64,000 nucleotides of DNA from Chiloscyllium plagiosum (GCF_004010195.1 NC_057719.1:73832928-73896927); one strand, 5' to 3'; shown: positions 36,351 through 50,203, counted from the stretch's first letter. The notes: a model not told the origin generated them from the letters alone. Translations and numbers: made by a program.

Positions 36351-38449
36351 TTGAAATGATATCTGCAAAGTAACAGTAACCACATACACAGTCATCATGT
36401 TTATCTAAATCAGACATCGCACAAAATAAAACAATAGGAAAGAAATTACAGAAATGTTCCTCTTTGCCACAGAAACCTCAAACTGAGCTTCTGCCTATCT
36501 GTTCAGACGAATCTTAAGAACTGCAATGGAAAAGTAGTGAATACAATTCTGTAAGTGGAATTACATGTGGCAACCGGCCTCCATCTGTAAGTGTGGGAGA
36601 AGACTTGGCATCCGGAACACGTGATAAAAGCTTCCCTTTGATTTCACCTGAAAAGGCCGAAACAGTGTTTCCCAAATTCCATACCCTTCTGTTTCACATT
36701 GAATAAGGATCATGCAAGTCTGAACATTTGAATCAGAATTAAATCCACATCTGAGATGTTACCCGTCTGTTTGTTTGGTAAGTTGATCAGTAACTGCACA
36801 CTAAACATCAGATGCTTTACAGTTTGTCATACTTGCAATTATAGAAACAGGTGTAAGGGAATTATTACAGAGCAATCTGTAGTCGCATAAATTGGGAAGT
36901 GCATTAGTGGGAATGTGTTCATAGTCTGGTGGCTGTAAGTTTGAGGGCTAATAGCTACCTTAAATCATCTGATCTGCCATTGTGTACAATACATATCCCT
37001 AGGCTGTGATTTTATTTCTTGCAAAATTATAATGTGTGTATAAAGTGCTGTCAGATCGCTGTGGAAAAAATCTTTGACATTGTACTCTTGATGGAGCTTG
37101 AAGGTTTATTCAACAGCAGTTTATTAATTCAAATCACTTTAAGCTGTTGATTAAATGTTTGTTCCATATTCCACAGTTTCCTTTCAACATTCTCAATTTA
37201 ATATCTGTGCAATAATCTGTTCCCTCCCACCACTTTACAGATTTTAGAATGAAAACCACATTTATTTTAAGAGTTACAGTAATTAGAAAATGGAACTTCA
37301 AACAATAACTACTTAGCAATGCAATGCACTATTTAGTGTATCAGCTATTCGCTGAACTGTTTTCTGAAGTTTTGAGACCATGTTCTATGAATATTGCAAG
37401 TGCAGGCACAGGGACCAACAAAATGTTTTTTTTCATATCCACTTAATGTTTTTTTCTTAAAGTCTGCAGACTTTTTTGAAGTTAATCATGAAAATGCATA
37501 TTTATTTAAGAGGAAGAACTATGTTTTGAAGTAAAATCACATGACAAACTAAAAGGAGAATTCTCCAACATATGGGAATACACATGAGATATTTGGGAAA
37601 AACCAATCTTTTTTTTGTAGGATAAATGAGACCATTTTCAAATGTGCCTCAAGTTTTTTTTATTCTCAGGATAACTCTTATTCTACTGACGGAGGAAAAT
37701 GTTGTGATATCTGGGTCATCCAGTCTTGAACTGTGGAGTCTGTTTAGACTGCGTTGAATTGGACTAATTCCAATTTACCAACTGTTTACATTGCACCTTT
37801 TCTATAAACTAGGACAAGTCGCAAAGAGTATCAAATGACAAGTCAGATAAACACATTGGCATTTTCTGTAGCATAACAAGTAAGCCGGCTTTGTAATCCG
37901 GCTACATACACCAGCTCTATTTGTATGTACTTAGATCTGAGCTCATTTCATACTGAAAAGAGGAGGTAAGAGGATTTATTTTCTGCAACTTAATTTGTAC
38001 TCCTTAACTTATGGTTTTGATGGGGAAATGTAATCCAATTTGATATTTGGGCAGTAGTTTAAGCCCTTAGAATAATGGAAATATCTAGCAGATGCAGGTG
38101 AACTACTAAAATGGTGTCATATACTATTGAAAAACAGTTTAAATTATACTGGTGAGTATTTTAAAAAAGATTGATTGAAGGTAGTCAGCTTAAGACCAAT
38201 GTTCTAGCTTTAGATTTAGTTTTCTTCAGTTTGGAGATGAACATATTTTTGATTTGTCAAGATGCTTCTGAATTAAAGGCATAATAAGTACCAATCTTGC
38301 AAAGTGAATGAATATGATTTCAGAAGTGTAAAAATCGTGGTAGGTTGAACCTTATCACTGTCTAGTTGAGGTGGCTTGGACAGTGAGAAGGTGTTAGTAT
38401 AGTGGGCTGGTGACTTATCACCTCTGGTAAGGTCCAATCTCACCCGAGG

Positions 38450-38657
38450 GCGATTTCTCTCCCCAGCCACCTCCCTTCCCCACCCCCCCATTTATCTCTT
38501 CACTCTGCAGGCACCCTGCCTCTATTCCTGATGAAGGGCTTTTGCCCAAAACGTCAATTTTCCTGCTCCTTGGATGCTGCCTGACCTGCTGTGCTTTTCC
38601 AGCACCACTCTAATCTAAAATCTGGTTTCCATCATCTGCAGTCCTCACTTTTGCCTG
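38450..38657 (+). mobile_element. Penelope-type 3' terminal fragment with mutated hammerhead core (reversed piece at 38825-38908)
   Basis: CTGATGA A GGGC TTTT GCCC AAAACGTC followed by the same arm sequence as the 20 kb element. Confidence 0.7.
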
Positions 38658-38909
38658 CTATGAGTAAATAGCCAATGTAATGATGTAAGTGGTCAGTTAT
38701 GGGCAGATGGGGCACATCACCAGGACCCACCTCAGTTGTAGAACAGCCATCCACTACCAAACCCCCAACACTGAGGCCAAACTCTGGCAGTTACCTCAAG
38801 ATGGCTTGTTGGCAATCAGAGAAGATAATGAGAACTGCAGATGCTGGAGAAGTCAGAATCGATAAGGTGTGGCACTGCCAAAAGCACAGCAGGTCAGACA
38901 GCATCTGAG

Positions 38910-39195
38910 TATCCCTACAGTGTGGAAGCAGGCCATTCAGCCCATCAAGTCCACACTGATCCTTCAAAGAGCATCCCACCCAGATCCATCCCCATTACGC
39001 CATATTTCCTATAGCCAATCCACCTACTCTGCATATCTTTGGACTGTGGGAGGAAACTGGAGCACCTGGAGGGAGTCCATGTGGACATAGGGAGAATGAG
39101 CAAACTCCACACAGACAGTCACCCCAGGCTGGAATCAAGCCTGGGTCCCCAACGCTGTGAGGCAGCAGTGTTAACCATTGAGCCACCATGCAGCC
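38910..39195 (-). mobile_element. HE1-type V-SINE
   Basis: V-core and tRNA-like head on the minus strand. Confidence 0.88.
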
Positions 39196-40789
39196 CATGT
39201 GTCCCAATGACCTACAAGGGTGTTACCCCATCATCCCACCCTATGACAGCCGCAGAAATCGGACACAGCCTGCAAACCATGGCAGGCTGGGCTTCTCTCT
39301 CTAAAGGGGTCCATGTTGTTTTGTTTTAACAAATGAGAGGTACCAAAAGATGGAGGTGATCTCATAGTTCCCGCCCATACAGTGGCAGTGCCCAACTTTA
39401 CTAGTGGGCCCTGCTGGTTGTTCTTCCTGAGGGTACAGATCGACTGAGTTCAGGAACCCACCTGCTGTCTTTAGTTGGGTGTCAGATTTTGAGGCAGCCA
39501 GTAACGAAGGTTGTGTCTTGTAAGATTGCACTGATGAACATGACGCTAGCTATTGCAGGATCAGGACCAGAAGATGGTCCTTGACCTGCTAGTATTTTTA
39601 AAGTGGGTATGATTCTGCTCAGTAACTCCACGGAAATCTGAAGTAATGGATACAATCAGTGACGTTTAATAGTGATACTGATAGCTCACTACAGAAAAAT
39701 TGTAATGTTATAGTGTAGGCGTATGATCCGTTAACATGTTCATTCTAGCTGTCTTCTAACTGTTTAACCTTTTGAACTGCATGCAATTGAGATATGGATA
39801 TCTTGCAATGTTCCGTGCGAAATTTTTGGGAACATGTGTTTTCAGGTTGTAATTAAATTTAACAAGGGTGGTGACATCAAACTGTATTGTTAAATTTGTT
39901 TCATGGTCTGATTTTATTTTTGAGAGGGTCAGGTAAGGGAGAAATTGCACATTACCTTCAACTGAAATTTGGTTATTTATATCTCCAAACATTTTAATGA
40001 AATGGGGAATAGTTTCAGTGAATGGAAATGGAGATTAATGGAAAGTAAATTAATGAAAATGTAATAAATTACCTGCACAGGTTAAATGAACCAAGCAATT
40101 ATTTTCAAAACTTTAAGGAGATTTTGTTTCTTCGTTTAATTGAAGATGAGGCATCGCTTACTTTCAGTCAGTTATCAACAACTTACTCATGAAATTGCAC
40201 CATCCAAAACCATTTGCTTAACCATAAAATATAATTTGGAGTTTGCTGGTTGCCAGACAGAATAGCAAGCCACTCTTGCTCCAATGCATTGTTTCCTTTT
40301 ACACACAAATTACTAATAAGGAGGGACAGATTAAGGTATGGATGAAATGATGGCCCAGAGCCATATGATTGCTGCTGGGTGTTGTATGTTTTACATAATT
40401 GACTTTCCTCAGAGCCAGGTAGTTTGACCCTAGTTTCTAAGTGTGAAGGATGGTTATTTGCAAAGTCTAGTAGAATGCTTTAGAATGTCTACACCACCTA
40501 CACTTTAGGATGAGCTCCACTTCTAGTAGCTTCTGTGGTTTCACTTTACTTTGCTCTGAAACAACACCCAACAACATCCAATCAAGTTCAGTGAGCAGAG
40601 ATCAACCACAGAACAATTGAACAATAAATTTTGCTAATTAGCAACATAGTTACTTTGTATTGTCAGTCCATGCATCCTTTAGCTCAGCATAGAAGCACTT
40701 TATGTCATTCTGGTCAGTGATTGATTATAGTAACTCAAGCTGCATGTTAAACCATTTACTCTTCATAAGTGATGGCATTTATTCTGTTT

Positions 40790-41120
40790 TTAGAATTAGA
40801 ATTCCTACAGGCCCTTCGGTCCAGTAAGTCCACACCAATCCTCCAAACAGTAACCCACCCAGACTCATTCCCCTACCCTATGTTTGCCCCTGACTAATGC
40901 ATCTTACCTACACATCCCTCTGGGCAATTTAGCATGGGCAAATTCACCAAACCTGCACATCTTTGGACAGTGGGAGAAAACCAGAGCACCTGGAGGATAC
41001 CCACGCAGACAGGGGGAGAATGTGCAAAGTTCACGCAGACAGTTGCTCAAGGCTGGAATCAAACCCAAGTCCCTGAAGCTGTGAGGCAGCAGTACTAATC
41101 ACTGAGCCACCGTGCTGCCC
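40790..41120 (-). mobile_element. HE1-type V-SINE
   Basis: V-core and tRNA-like head on the minus strand. Confidence 0.9.
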
Positions 41121-41639
41121 ATGCATAATATTCACATAGTTTACATAGTATTCTGCTGGGATCTATGAACCATAGTTTTTAAGAAGAGCTCCCACATTCA
41201 ACATGTGAACTCAAAACAGTACTACAAGATTTTTGTAAGCCAAACTATAGCCCTTGTGCTTTGATGGTCTTTTTGGAGTTTGTCTTCACCAGTAGCAGGC
41301 AAAGTGTTCATACGCATCCTCCTGCATCATGCCCTGCCCACCAGGTATTATACTTGATGCAACAAGTTTTATGTTTCCCTCATAACTTAAGAAACTAGTC
41401 ATGGATAATGCCTGATTGAATCATCCAACAGACATTTATCACAACTAGCTATATAATATGCACACATGACTTTCTTAGGCACATTAGTGCCTTGGTTAAA
41501 ATTAAACTATTAATTTACACAGTAGCATTTTTTTTGTAGTATATCATGCTTCCCAGTAAGATGGTGTCTGAGACCTTTATACTTTCAGGTAATATGCCAT
41601 GATATCATGAACATGTCTGTTAAAAGTATACTCAGGGTA

Positions 41640-41950
41640 ACATAGACAATGCAAGTGGAAATTGTACCATGACCAAAATTGCTGGCACTAACCTGCGGGA
41701 GTTGGGACCCAACTCTGCTACTTTCAAACAGTGAGATACAACTGGAATTGAGGCCATTATCAAAAGGTCCAGTTTACATTGGTCTAAAAAGGCATTCACA
41801 TGCCTGATCATTACATTTCGAAGAACCATCCTGATGTTGCAACAGAGGTGGGCAGGGGAAGGTCTGTAAAAACCCACTAAAGGCCCCCTTAAAATCTTGC
41901 AATATGTATTGTGCCACTTGAAAAACATGGCCAATCACATCTACTGCGTC
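41640..41950 (+). mobile_element. Possible RTE-clade LINE C-terminal fragment
   Basis: GIEAIIKRSSLHWS...IHMPDHYISK resembles the RTE motif SIEA....QLRW.GHV.RMPD.R.PK. Confidence 0.45.
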
Positions 41951-43604
41951 AGACCACATTAATTTGACACGCTGTGATTGAGATTTGGTCTACCAAGCTC
42001 CATCTCATTTAAAATCCAGGAAAAACATTTGTATAGATGTGTCCAGTAGCACACGACCCATCAGTTCACACTCAAGACATTAACTCAGCTATTGTTTGTC
42101 AGGCGGTTCAATCACAGAAGTGCACAGCTTTGAATTTTGTGAATGTGACATTAATTATCACAAAGGAAAAGACATTATCCTTTTTTTATTTTAAACATGG
42201 TAAAACTCTGCCTTTACTTTCACAGTAGAGTTCAGTGTTGAGGAATGGAGTGTATCAGATGTATTAATAAATATAGACATCACGTATCCGGACTAGGGGA
42301 ACATTCTCTCCTCCCTGTATTGACATGGTAATAAGATGCATTTCCTCGGATAGTGCCAGTATTTGTTTTATTTGTTTCCAGTTCATAGTGCTAGCTTTGG
42401 TGTCATTTTCACTGCCAAGCCTAATTTAATCTCTCCTTTCTTCCCAACTAGTAAAACAGTGAAGTGTTACGATTCAGGAACTATTATTTTATGTATAGAA
42501 ATTCAGGTTGTATTTCCAAAGACAGACTCAAACTATCAACAGCAATTATGGAACAAATGCCATGAACTATCCTGTTCCAGTTTGGGAGGGAAAAAATATT
42601 ATAGATGTGTGACTGGCAATCCTCCTGGGATTGTTAGCAGTACTTGGATGGAGCACGCAAAGGGCTAGATTTTCATTTTTACATGATTGTACAATTAAGT
42701 TATAGCAAATCAGCAAGTCACTTTTCTCCTTTCTGATTTTCACTTCCATTTTGGGAAAAAAAAAACTAATATTTACATAGTGTCTCTCATAGTCTGAAGA
42801 TATCTTTTAGGGCTTTACAGTTGGTGAGAAATATTTGAGATGTAAAATAGCAAACGCATTCAGCTCATTTGCAGACAGCAGCATGATTGGTTATGGCCTT
42901 GTAATGAATCTGTTGGTGATGTTGATTTGAGGGATTGGCCCAGACCATGATACAGAATTCCCTGACTTTACATCAAAATAATGCAGTGCAACCTTCTAGC
43001 TCTGGGATCAGATAGAGCCTTGGTGTACTGTCATATTTGAACCATTTCCTCAGTGCTTCAGTATCAGTTTGCCACAGATCTTGTGTTTAAAACTCGGGAA
43101 TCAACCAAGTTAATTGAAGGCAGGGTGTGAAATCGAGCCAGTCTCGCGTAATTGTGTGTTTTACAGCAACACACTCCATTAAACATTAGACTGAAGTGAG
43201 CAGCCAAGATAGTCTATAAAAAGTATCTATGAATTGCACCAAACAGAACTCATAACTGGCATGGCGGCAACATTCCCCAATGAAACCAAAATAAATCTCT
43301 CATAAAATTCTCAGGTAAGAGTGGAGTTCAGTTACATACAAATGAGGTGCATAAAAGTAATCCCAACCACACAACTGTGAGGCCTCCAATCTTGATTGAT
43401 AGGAAAATTACCCACTGCATCCATTCTAGTGGGATGACATGCGACTACGAGATGGAGACGTTATTCTGATAAGATTATCATGTTTACTCAAGAAGTTAGA
43501 TAACTTTATACATATTGGTCCAGATTTTCCAATGGCCAGATAATTGTTACTGAAGCATCGATGGGAGTTGTCCGGGAAGTTGCAATTTCCATTGGGAAAT
43601 TCCG

Positions 43605-44010
43605 GAACATAGGAGGCTGAGGGGTGACCTTATAGATATTTGTAAGAACATGAGGGACATGGATAGGGTAAATAGACAAGGTCTTTTTCCTGAGGTGGGG
43701 GGAGTCCAGAACTAGAAGGCATAAGTTTAGGGTGAGAGGGGAAAGATTTAAAAGGGACCTAAGAGGCAACTTTTTCACATAGTCGGTGGTATGTATATGG
43801 AAAGAGCTGCCAGAGTAAGTGGTGGAAGCTGGTACAATTGCAACATTTAAAAGGCATCTGGATGGGGTTCATGAATAGGGAGGGTTTAGAGAGACATGGG
43901 CCAAGTGCTGGCAAATGGACTAGATTAATTTAGGATAGCTGGTCAGCATTGACAAGTTGGACCAAAAGGTCTGTTTCTGTGCTGTACACCTCTATGACTC
44001 TACGACTCTC
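43605..44010 (+). mobile_element. CR1 LINE 3' end
   Basis: AGGAGGCTGAGGGGTGACCTTATAGA...; tail CTCTATGACTCTACGACTCT. Confidence 0.92.
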
Positions 44011-44179
44011 ATTCCCTTATGCCTGTAACACTTGGAAAGTATTCCTTTAAATCTGAGAATTTTTGGAGGGTTCTGTAGCAGTTAAGTAAACAGTTACTCA
44101 GGAAATGTTAATTATTAATTACCTAGCACTGCTCCTGAGTAACTATTCTTCTGACCTCCAACATGTACCACAGACACTT

Positions 44180-44935
44180 GAGTCATAGTGTTTTTACAGT
44201 GAGGAAAAAGGCTCGTTGGCTCATTGTTTCCACCTCAGTCATCAAATATCTATCTATTCGGATCTCATTTTCCAGTGCTTAACCCATAGCCTATGGAATT
44301 TCAAGTGTTCATTTGAATAGTGTGTTGAGGGCTCCAACTTCTGCCCACCTTTTATTGACAGTAAGTTCCGGATGCCCACAGCCCTCTTGATGAAAAATGT
44401 TTTGCTCAAATGCCCTCTAAGCCTTCCACTCTTTACTGTAAAACTGACCTTGTTTCTTGACCCCTCGACAAAAGGGAAATGATTCTCCATATCCAGCCTG
44501 TCTAGGCCCCTCAGAACTTTCCATATTTCAATCAGGTCTCCTCTTCTCTCTCCATAGGAAGCCTATCGAGTCTCTCTTCCAAGCTTAATCACTTCAGCTG
44601 GTGAATCTCTTTTTAGTACCTTCTCTAGAGCAATTACTTCCTTCCTATGGTGTGCTGACTGGAACTGTGCAGAATACTCAAACTGTGCTCTAACAAGAGT
44701 TGTGTGCAGCTCCGTCCATAACTTCCTTGTTCTTGTATTCAATGCCTTGACTAAAATGCAAGTAGTCCTTTTGCATTCCTAATCATCTTTATCTGCTGCT
44801 CCTGCTGCCTTCAATGATCTATGGATTTACACACTAAGGTCCTTGTGGCTCTCTATACTTCCTAGGGTCCTACTATTCAATGTACACTCACCTGCCTTGA
44901 TAGTCCTCCCAAAATGCATCACCTCACACTGAGGT
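44180..44935 (-). mobile_element. Old CR1 LINE 3' fragment
   Basis: Reversed degenerate LEYSAQFQS and FFIKRAVGIRNLL motifs. Confidence 0.7.
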
Positions 44936-45817
44936 ACACTCTACAGATCCCTAATACCTCCAACATCTGACCTGGCAGCCTCTCGCTCTCACTCTCTCTC
45001 TCTCTCTCTCTCGGGACCTGACACACAACCCCAAGGCACCAGATGGGAGGGGCTTGATACCATTGTCATCCTCCATGGAACCAATCAGATGTCACTTCAT
45101 GTTGTCCACACAGCAAAGAGCTTTAGCCAAAACTAGGTATTGGGGAGCTTCATATTGCAAATTTTGTCATGAACACTTACAATAAAGTAGGAAATGTGAT
45201 TGCCGATTTAGTGATCTGATTTCAATTTTGTTGGCAAAGATGATTCAGAGACGTATCTTTTACTCAGTGTCTTGGGTGTCTCTATCTTTCTCTTCCATTC
45301 TCATGCCCCCTGTCTCCCACTGGCTTTCACTGATGACAAGTGAATTATATTTTAATAGTCTCATGCAAACTTGCCGGAACACATCGAAGAAGACAATCAG
45401 TTGTGTGTTTGGAGTAGTTCATGGCCAAAAGCACAAAAGGAAGTTTATTTTCCTAGTCATGTTTAGTTCTTCAAAGCATTGGTTTGGTAGAATGCATTTT
45501 GTAGCGATCTCACATTCAAGTTAACGTTTTTTTGGTCAAGTCTGGATATCACAAGGCAATGTGGTCCCTGCCCTCTCTGGCTAAAATCCCTGGGCCACAA
45601 GCCATGACATCAGTGGTGGCGGTTGGGAAGTGGTATTGTCAGCTGGCCCAGGTTGGCAAGCCCACCGAATGCTTTGAGATGGGTGGGAGTCTCGTGATTC
45701 ACAGGCCAGGTTTGACAGAGGGTAAATGAGGAAAGATGACCTTCAGTCAGTGCTCTAATGCACCCAGGATGTCTCTTGAGGTGGCTCATCCCTATCCCCC
45801 AACTTATCCTAGTACCT

Positions 45818-46700
45818 GGGCCTCACAGTGCCAGGGACCCGGGTTCGATTCCAGCCTCGGGTGACTGTCTGTGTCCGCTTGGTTTTCCTCTAAGTGTTCT
45901 GGCTTAGTCCCATAATCCAAAGATGTGCAGGTTAGGTGAATTGGCCAATGCAGAATGCCCATAGTGTTCAGGGATGCCATAGAGTCAGAGAGTTATAGAG
46001 ATGTACAGCATGGAAACAGACCCTTCAGTCCAACCCGTCCATGCCGACCAGATATCCCAACCCAATCTAGTCCCACCTGCCAGCATCCGGCCCATATCCG
46101 TCCAAACCCTTCCTATTCATATACCCATCCAAATGCCTCTTAAATGTTGCAATTNNNNNNNNNNNNNNNNNNNNNNNNNNNNNNNNNNNNNNNNNNNNNN
46201 NNNNNNNNNNNNNNNNNNNNNNNNNNNNNNNNNNNNNNNNNNNNNNNNNNNNNNNNNNNNNNNNNNNNNNNNNNNNNNNNNNNNNNNNNNNNNNNNNNNN
46301 NNNNNNNNNNNNNNNNNNNNNNNNNNNNNNNNNNNNNNNNNNNNNNNNNNNNNNNNNNNNNNNNNNNNNNNNNNNNNNNNNNNNNNNNNNNNNNNNNNNN
46401 NNNNNNNNNNNNNNNNNNNNNNNNNNNNNNNNNNNNNNNCAAACGCCTTCTTCACTATCCTATCAACCTGCAACTCTACTTTCAAGGAGCTATGAACCTG
46501 CACTCCAAGGTCTCTATGTTCAGCAACAACTACCTAGGACCTTACCATTAAGTGTATAAGTCCTGCTAAGATTTCCTGTATTAGTTAAGGATAAATGTAG
46601 AGTAATTGGGTAGGGAAATGGGTTTGGGTGAGATATCCTTCAGATGGTCGGTATGGACTTGTTGGGCCGAAGGACCTGTTTCAACATTGAAGTGATTCTT
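45818..46700 (+). mobile_element. HE1-type SINE split by a minus-strand CR1
   Basis: 5' half ends GTGTTCAGGGATG near 45976; 3' half resumes near 46577 and ends GGGCCGAAGGACCTGTTTC. Confidence 0.8.
45978..46575 (-). mobile_element. Young CR1 LINE 3' end (contains an N gap)
   Basis: QVHSSLKVELQVDRIVKKAF; tail closely matches 10020-10190. Confidence 0.9.
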
Positions 46701-47159
46701 TGTCACCAGTGCGAACTACTAGGCTTCAGACATGATATGGACTTCAGCCAGCCATGGGTAAAATACCCCCAGCAGTGGGATGAATTCTTTACATAGTTAT
46801 CAATTTGTAACTTAAAACTCCTCAACTGGCCAAAGGGTAGTCAGGCTGCCTGATGTCTTGGCCACCATATCTATAATTGGGGATCTGGGGTGGGGTGAGA
46901 GGGTGGAAGCCAACATTCTAGTGTTTGACCATAAAACTCAAGGCTGATACTCTAGTGCTGTACTGAGGGAATGCTTCACTGTTGGAAGCACTGCCCTTTG
47001 TCTAAGACATTAAACTAGTGCCCTATCGACACTCTAAAATGGATATAGAAAATTCCATGTCACTATTATGAAGAGGGGAGTTTTCCCCAGTTTTCTGGCC
47101 AACATTTATTTTGCATTCAACATTATAAAAGCAGGTTATACAGTCATTACTGTTTGAAG

Positions 47160-49416
47160 TTAAAAATCACACAACACCAGGTTATAGTCCAACATGTTTA
47201 ATTGGAAGCACTAGCTTTCGGAGCATCACTCCATCAGGTGGTAGTGGAGGACAATATTGTTAGACACAGAATTTACAGCAAAGGTTTACAGTGTGATGTA
47301 ACTGAAATTATACATTGAAAAATACCTTGATTGTCTGTTGAGTCTTTCATCTGTTCAAATACCATGATAGTTTCATTTCTTTCATGTGCAAATCACAAAA
47401 CATTTTTAAAAAGTTACATTCTCAGGTTAACTGTAATGTGAGCGGCACGGTGGCTCAGTGGTTAGCACTGCTGCCTCATAGTGTCAGAGACCTGGGTTCA
47501 ATTCCCACCTCAGGCTGTCTGTGTGGTGTTTGCGCATTCTCCCCGTGTCTGCGTGGGTTTCCTCCGGGTGATCCGGTTTCCTCCCATAGTCCAAAAATGT
47601 GCAGGTTAGGTGAATTAGTCATGCTAAATTGCCCATAGTGTTAGGTGAAAGGGTAAATGTAGAGGAATGGGTCTGGGTGGGTTGCTCTTTGGAGGGCCGG
47701 TGTGGACTTGTTGGGCCGAAGGGCCTGTTTCCACACTGTAAGTAATCTAATCTAAAATTGGTGTTTGCCAGACAATATGTTGAAGGTGTTAACCCCCGTG
47801 TTCTCTGTCTGTGCCATAATGTTTAGACTGATTCTAATCTAAAAAGTGAGATAACAGAATCTTACATGAATTCATGCAGTTTTTGAGCAATGTAACTCTG
47901 CAAGTACAAATTCAACCCACAAAAGTATATGTGTATGTGTGCATGTGTGTGTGTGTGTCTGTCTGTCTGGGGTGGGGGGTTATGAGTGTGAGAGAGAGTG
48001 TATGTGAGTGTAGAGTGTCTTAAGTGTGTGAGGGGGTGCATGTGTGNNNNNNNNNNNNNNNNNNNNNNNNNNNNNNNNNNNNNNNNNNNNNNNNNNNNNN
48101 NNNNNNNNNNNNNNNNNNNNNNNNNNNNNNNNNNNNNNNNNNNNNNNNNNNNNNNNNNNNNNNNNNNNNNNNNNNNNNNNNNNNNNNNNNNNNNNNNNNN
48201 NNNNNNNNNNNNNNNNNNNNNNNNNNNNNNNNNNNNNNNNNNNNNNNNNNNNNNNNNNNNNNNNNNNNNNNNNNNNNNNNNNNNNNNNNNNNNNNNNNNN
48301 NNNNNNNNNNNNNNNNNNNNNNNNNNNNNNNNNNNNNNNNNNNNNNNNNNNNNNNNNNNNNNNNNNNNNNNNNNNNNNNNNNNNNNNNNNNNNNNNNNNN
48401 NNNNNNNNNNNNNNNNNNNNNNNNNNNNNNNNNNNNNNNNNNNNNNNNNNNNNNNNNNNNNNNNNNNNNNNNNNNNNNNNNNNNNNNNNNNNNNNNNNNN
48501 NNNNNNNNNNNNNNNNNNNNNNNNNNNNNNNNNNNNNNNNNNNNNNNNNNNNNNNNNNNNNNNNNNNNNNNNNNNNNNNNNNNNNNTGTATGGAGTTGTC
48601 CTGAGAGCCAGGCAGTTTGCTACGAACAATGATCTGTTTGAGGTTTGGCGGTTGTTTAAAGGCAAGTAGTGGAGGTGTGGGGAAGGTCTTGGTGAGGTGC
48701 TCATCCTCATTGATAATGTGTTGCCGGTCACGAAGAACATGGCATAGTTTTTCGGCTCCTGGGAAATACAGAACAACGAAGGGTACCCTGTTGGTTGCAG
48801 CACGTGTCTGTCTCCTGAGGAGATCATTACAGTTCCTTGCTGGGGCACATCGGAACTGGTGGTCAATGAGTTGAGCATCGTACCCCATTCTTGTGAGGGC
48901 ATCCCTGAGTACTTCCAGGTGTCTGTCACGTTCCTCCTCATCTGAGCAGATCCGGTGTACGTGTAGGGCTTGTCCATCGGGTATGGCTGTTTTAATATGT
49001 TTTGGGTGGAAGCTGGAGAAGTGTAGCATTGTGAGGTTGTCTGTGGGTTTGCGGTAGAGTGTCGTGCTGAGGTGTCTGTCCTTGGTGGAGACGCATTTGT
49101 CCAAGAATGAGACAGACAGTCGAGAGTACTCCATGGTGAGTTTGATGGTGGGATGAAACTTGATGTCACTGTGTAGTTTTATCAGTGACTCCTTGCCCAG
49201 GGTCCAGAGGAAGAAAATGTCGTCAATGTACCTGGAGTATAATGTTGGTTGGAGGTCCTGTGTAGAGAAGAGGTCTTGTTCGGACCTGTGCATGAAGATG
49301 TTGGCATATTGGGGTGCAAATTTGGTCCCCAAAGCTGTCCAATGTGTCTGGATGAAGAACTGATTGTCAAAGGTGAAGACATTGCGATCGAGGATAAAGC
49401 GGATGAGTTGTAGGAC
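47160..49416 (-). mobile_element. 5'-truncated Penelope-like retroelement with 12-bp TSD
   Basis: RT: FILDRNVFTFDNQFFIQ..TALGTKFAPQYANIFM, RYIDDIFFLW, SFLD, TTLYRKPTD. TSD TACTGTTTGAAG at 47148-47159 and 49417-49428. (GT)-rich 3' region; the GIY-YIG domain would fall in the N gap. Confidence 0.92.
47420..47755 (+). mobile_element. HE1-type V-SINE nested in the Penelope 3' region
   Basis: Full head, core and (AATCT)n tail. Confidence 0.92.
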
Positions 49417-49907
49417 TACTGTTTGAAGCAGTTTTGTGTGTGAATTAACCACCTTGCTACCTAAATTATGACAATGATTCAAAAGAGCACCATTGTAAAG
49501 TGAACTTCTGAAAGGTATTATAAATACAAGTCTTTTTCTTATCAATCTACCCTCCATAAGTTGAGGCACATTTAAATTATGGTACATCATATCTCACTAA
49601 GTACTACAGAAGCAGCAAAAGAAGTACTTCAGAATCATCGGTGAACCTGAGAGATGAAGCTTACTAATCAGAATAATTAGGTGAAAAAAAATTGTGATGA
49701 GTGTTTTGGGATTTTGTTTGTTTTAAATAATGTGACATTATATAAGTTACAGTTGCTGTTTGTGGTGTTCAATTCTTTCTGTGTCTGAGAGTCAGGCTGT
49801 TCTGCTCACTGTTTGATTGGTTAAGCCTGGGTGCAGCGTCAGAGTGAACTAAACAGAAATCACAAAAGCTACTAGAAGCTGAGCAGTAGGAATGAATGTC
49901 AAGATTT

Positions 49908-50203
49908 TATGATTAGATTAGATTCCTTACAGTGTGAAAACAGGCCTTTCGGCCCAATCAGTCCACACCGACCCTCCGAAGAGTAACCCACCCAGACCCA
50001 CCTCCCTCTGACTAATGCACCTAACACTATGGGCAATTTAGCATGGCCAATTCACCTGACCGGCACATCTTTGGACAGTGGGAGGAAACCAGAGCACACC
50101 CATAGAGAATGTGCAAACTCCACACAGTCACTCAAGGCTGGAATTGAACCTGGGACCTTGGTGTTGTGAGGCAGCAGTGCTAACCACTGAGCAACCGTGC
50201 CGC
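49908..50203 (-). mobile_element. HE1-type V-SINE
   Basis: (AGATT)n tail, core and head. Confidence 0.92.

Larger units (their letters stand above)
46925..49540 (+). mobile_element. Deu-domain SINE split by a Penelope insertion (halves 46925-47159 and 49417-49540); second degenerate copy at about 42780-43100 (-)
   Basis: GTACTGAGGGAATGC...AGACATTAAAC...TTCCATGTCACTATT...CTGGCCAACATTTAT resembles the Deu domain; typical tail TATAAATACAAGTCTTT near 49520. Confidence 0.65.

Noticed and set aside
44985..45012. (TC)n microsatellite, and (AATT)n near 28466-28484
   Set aside because: Ordinary simple repeats.
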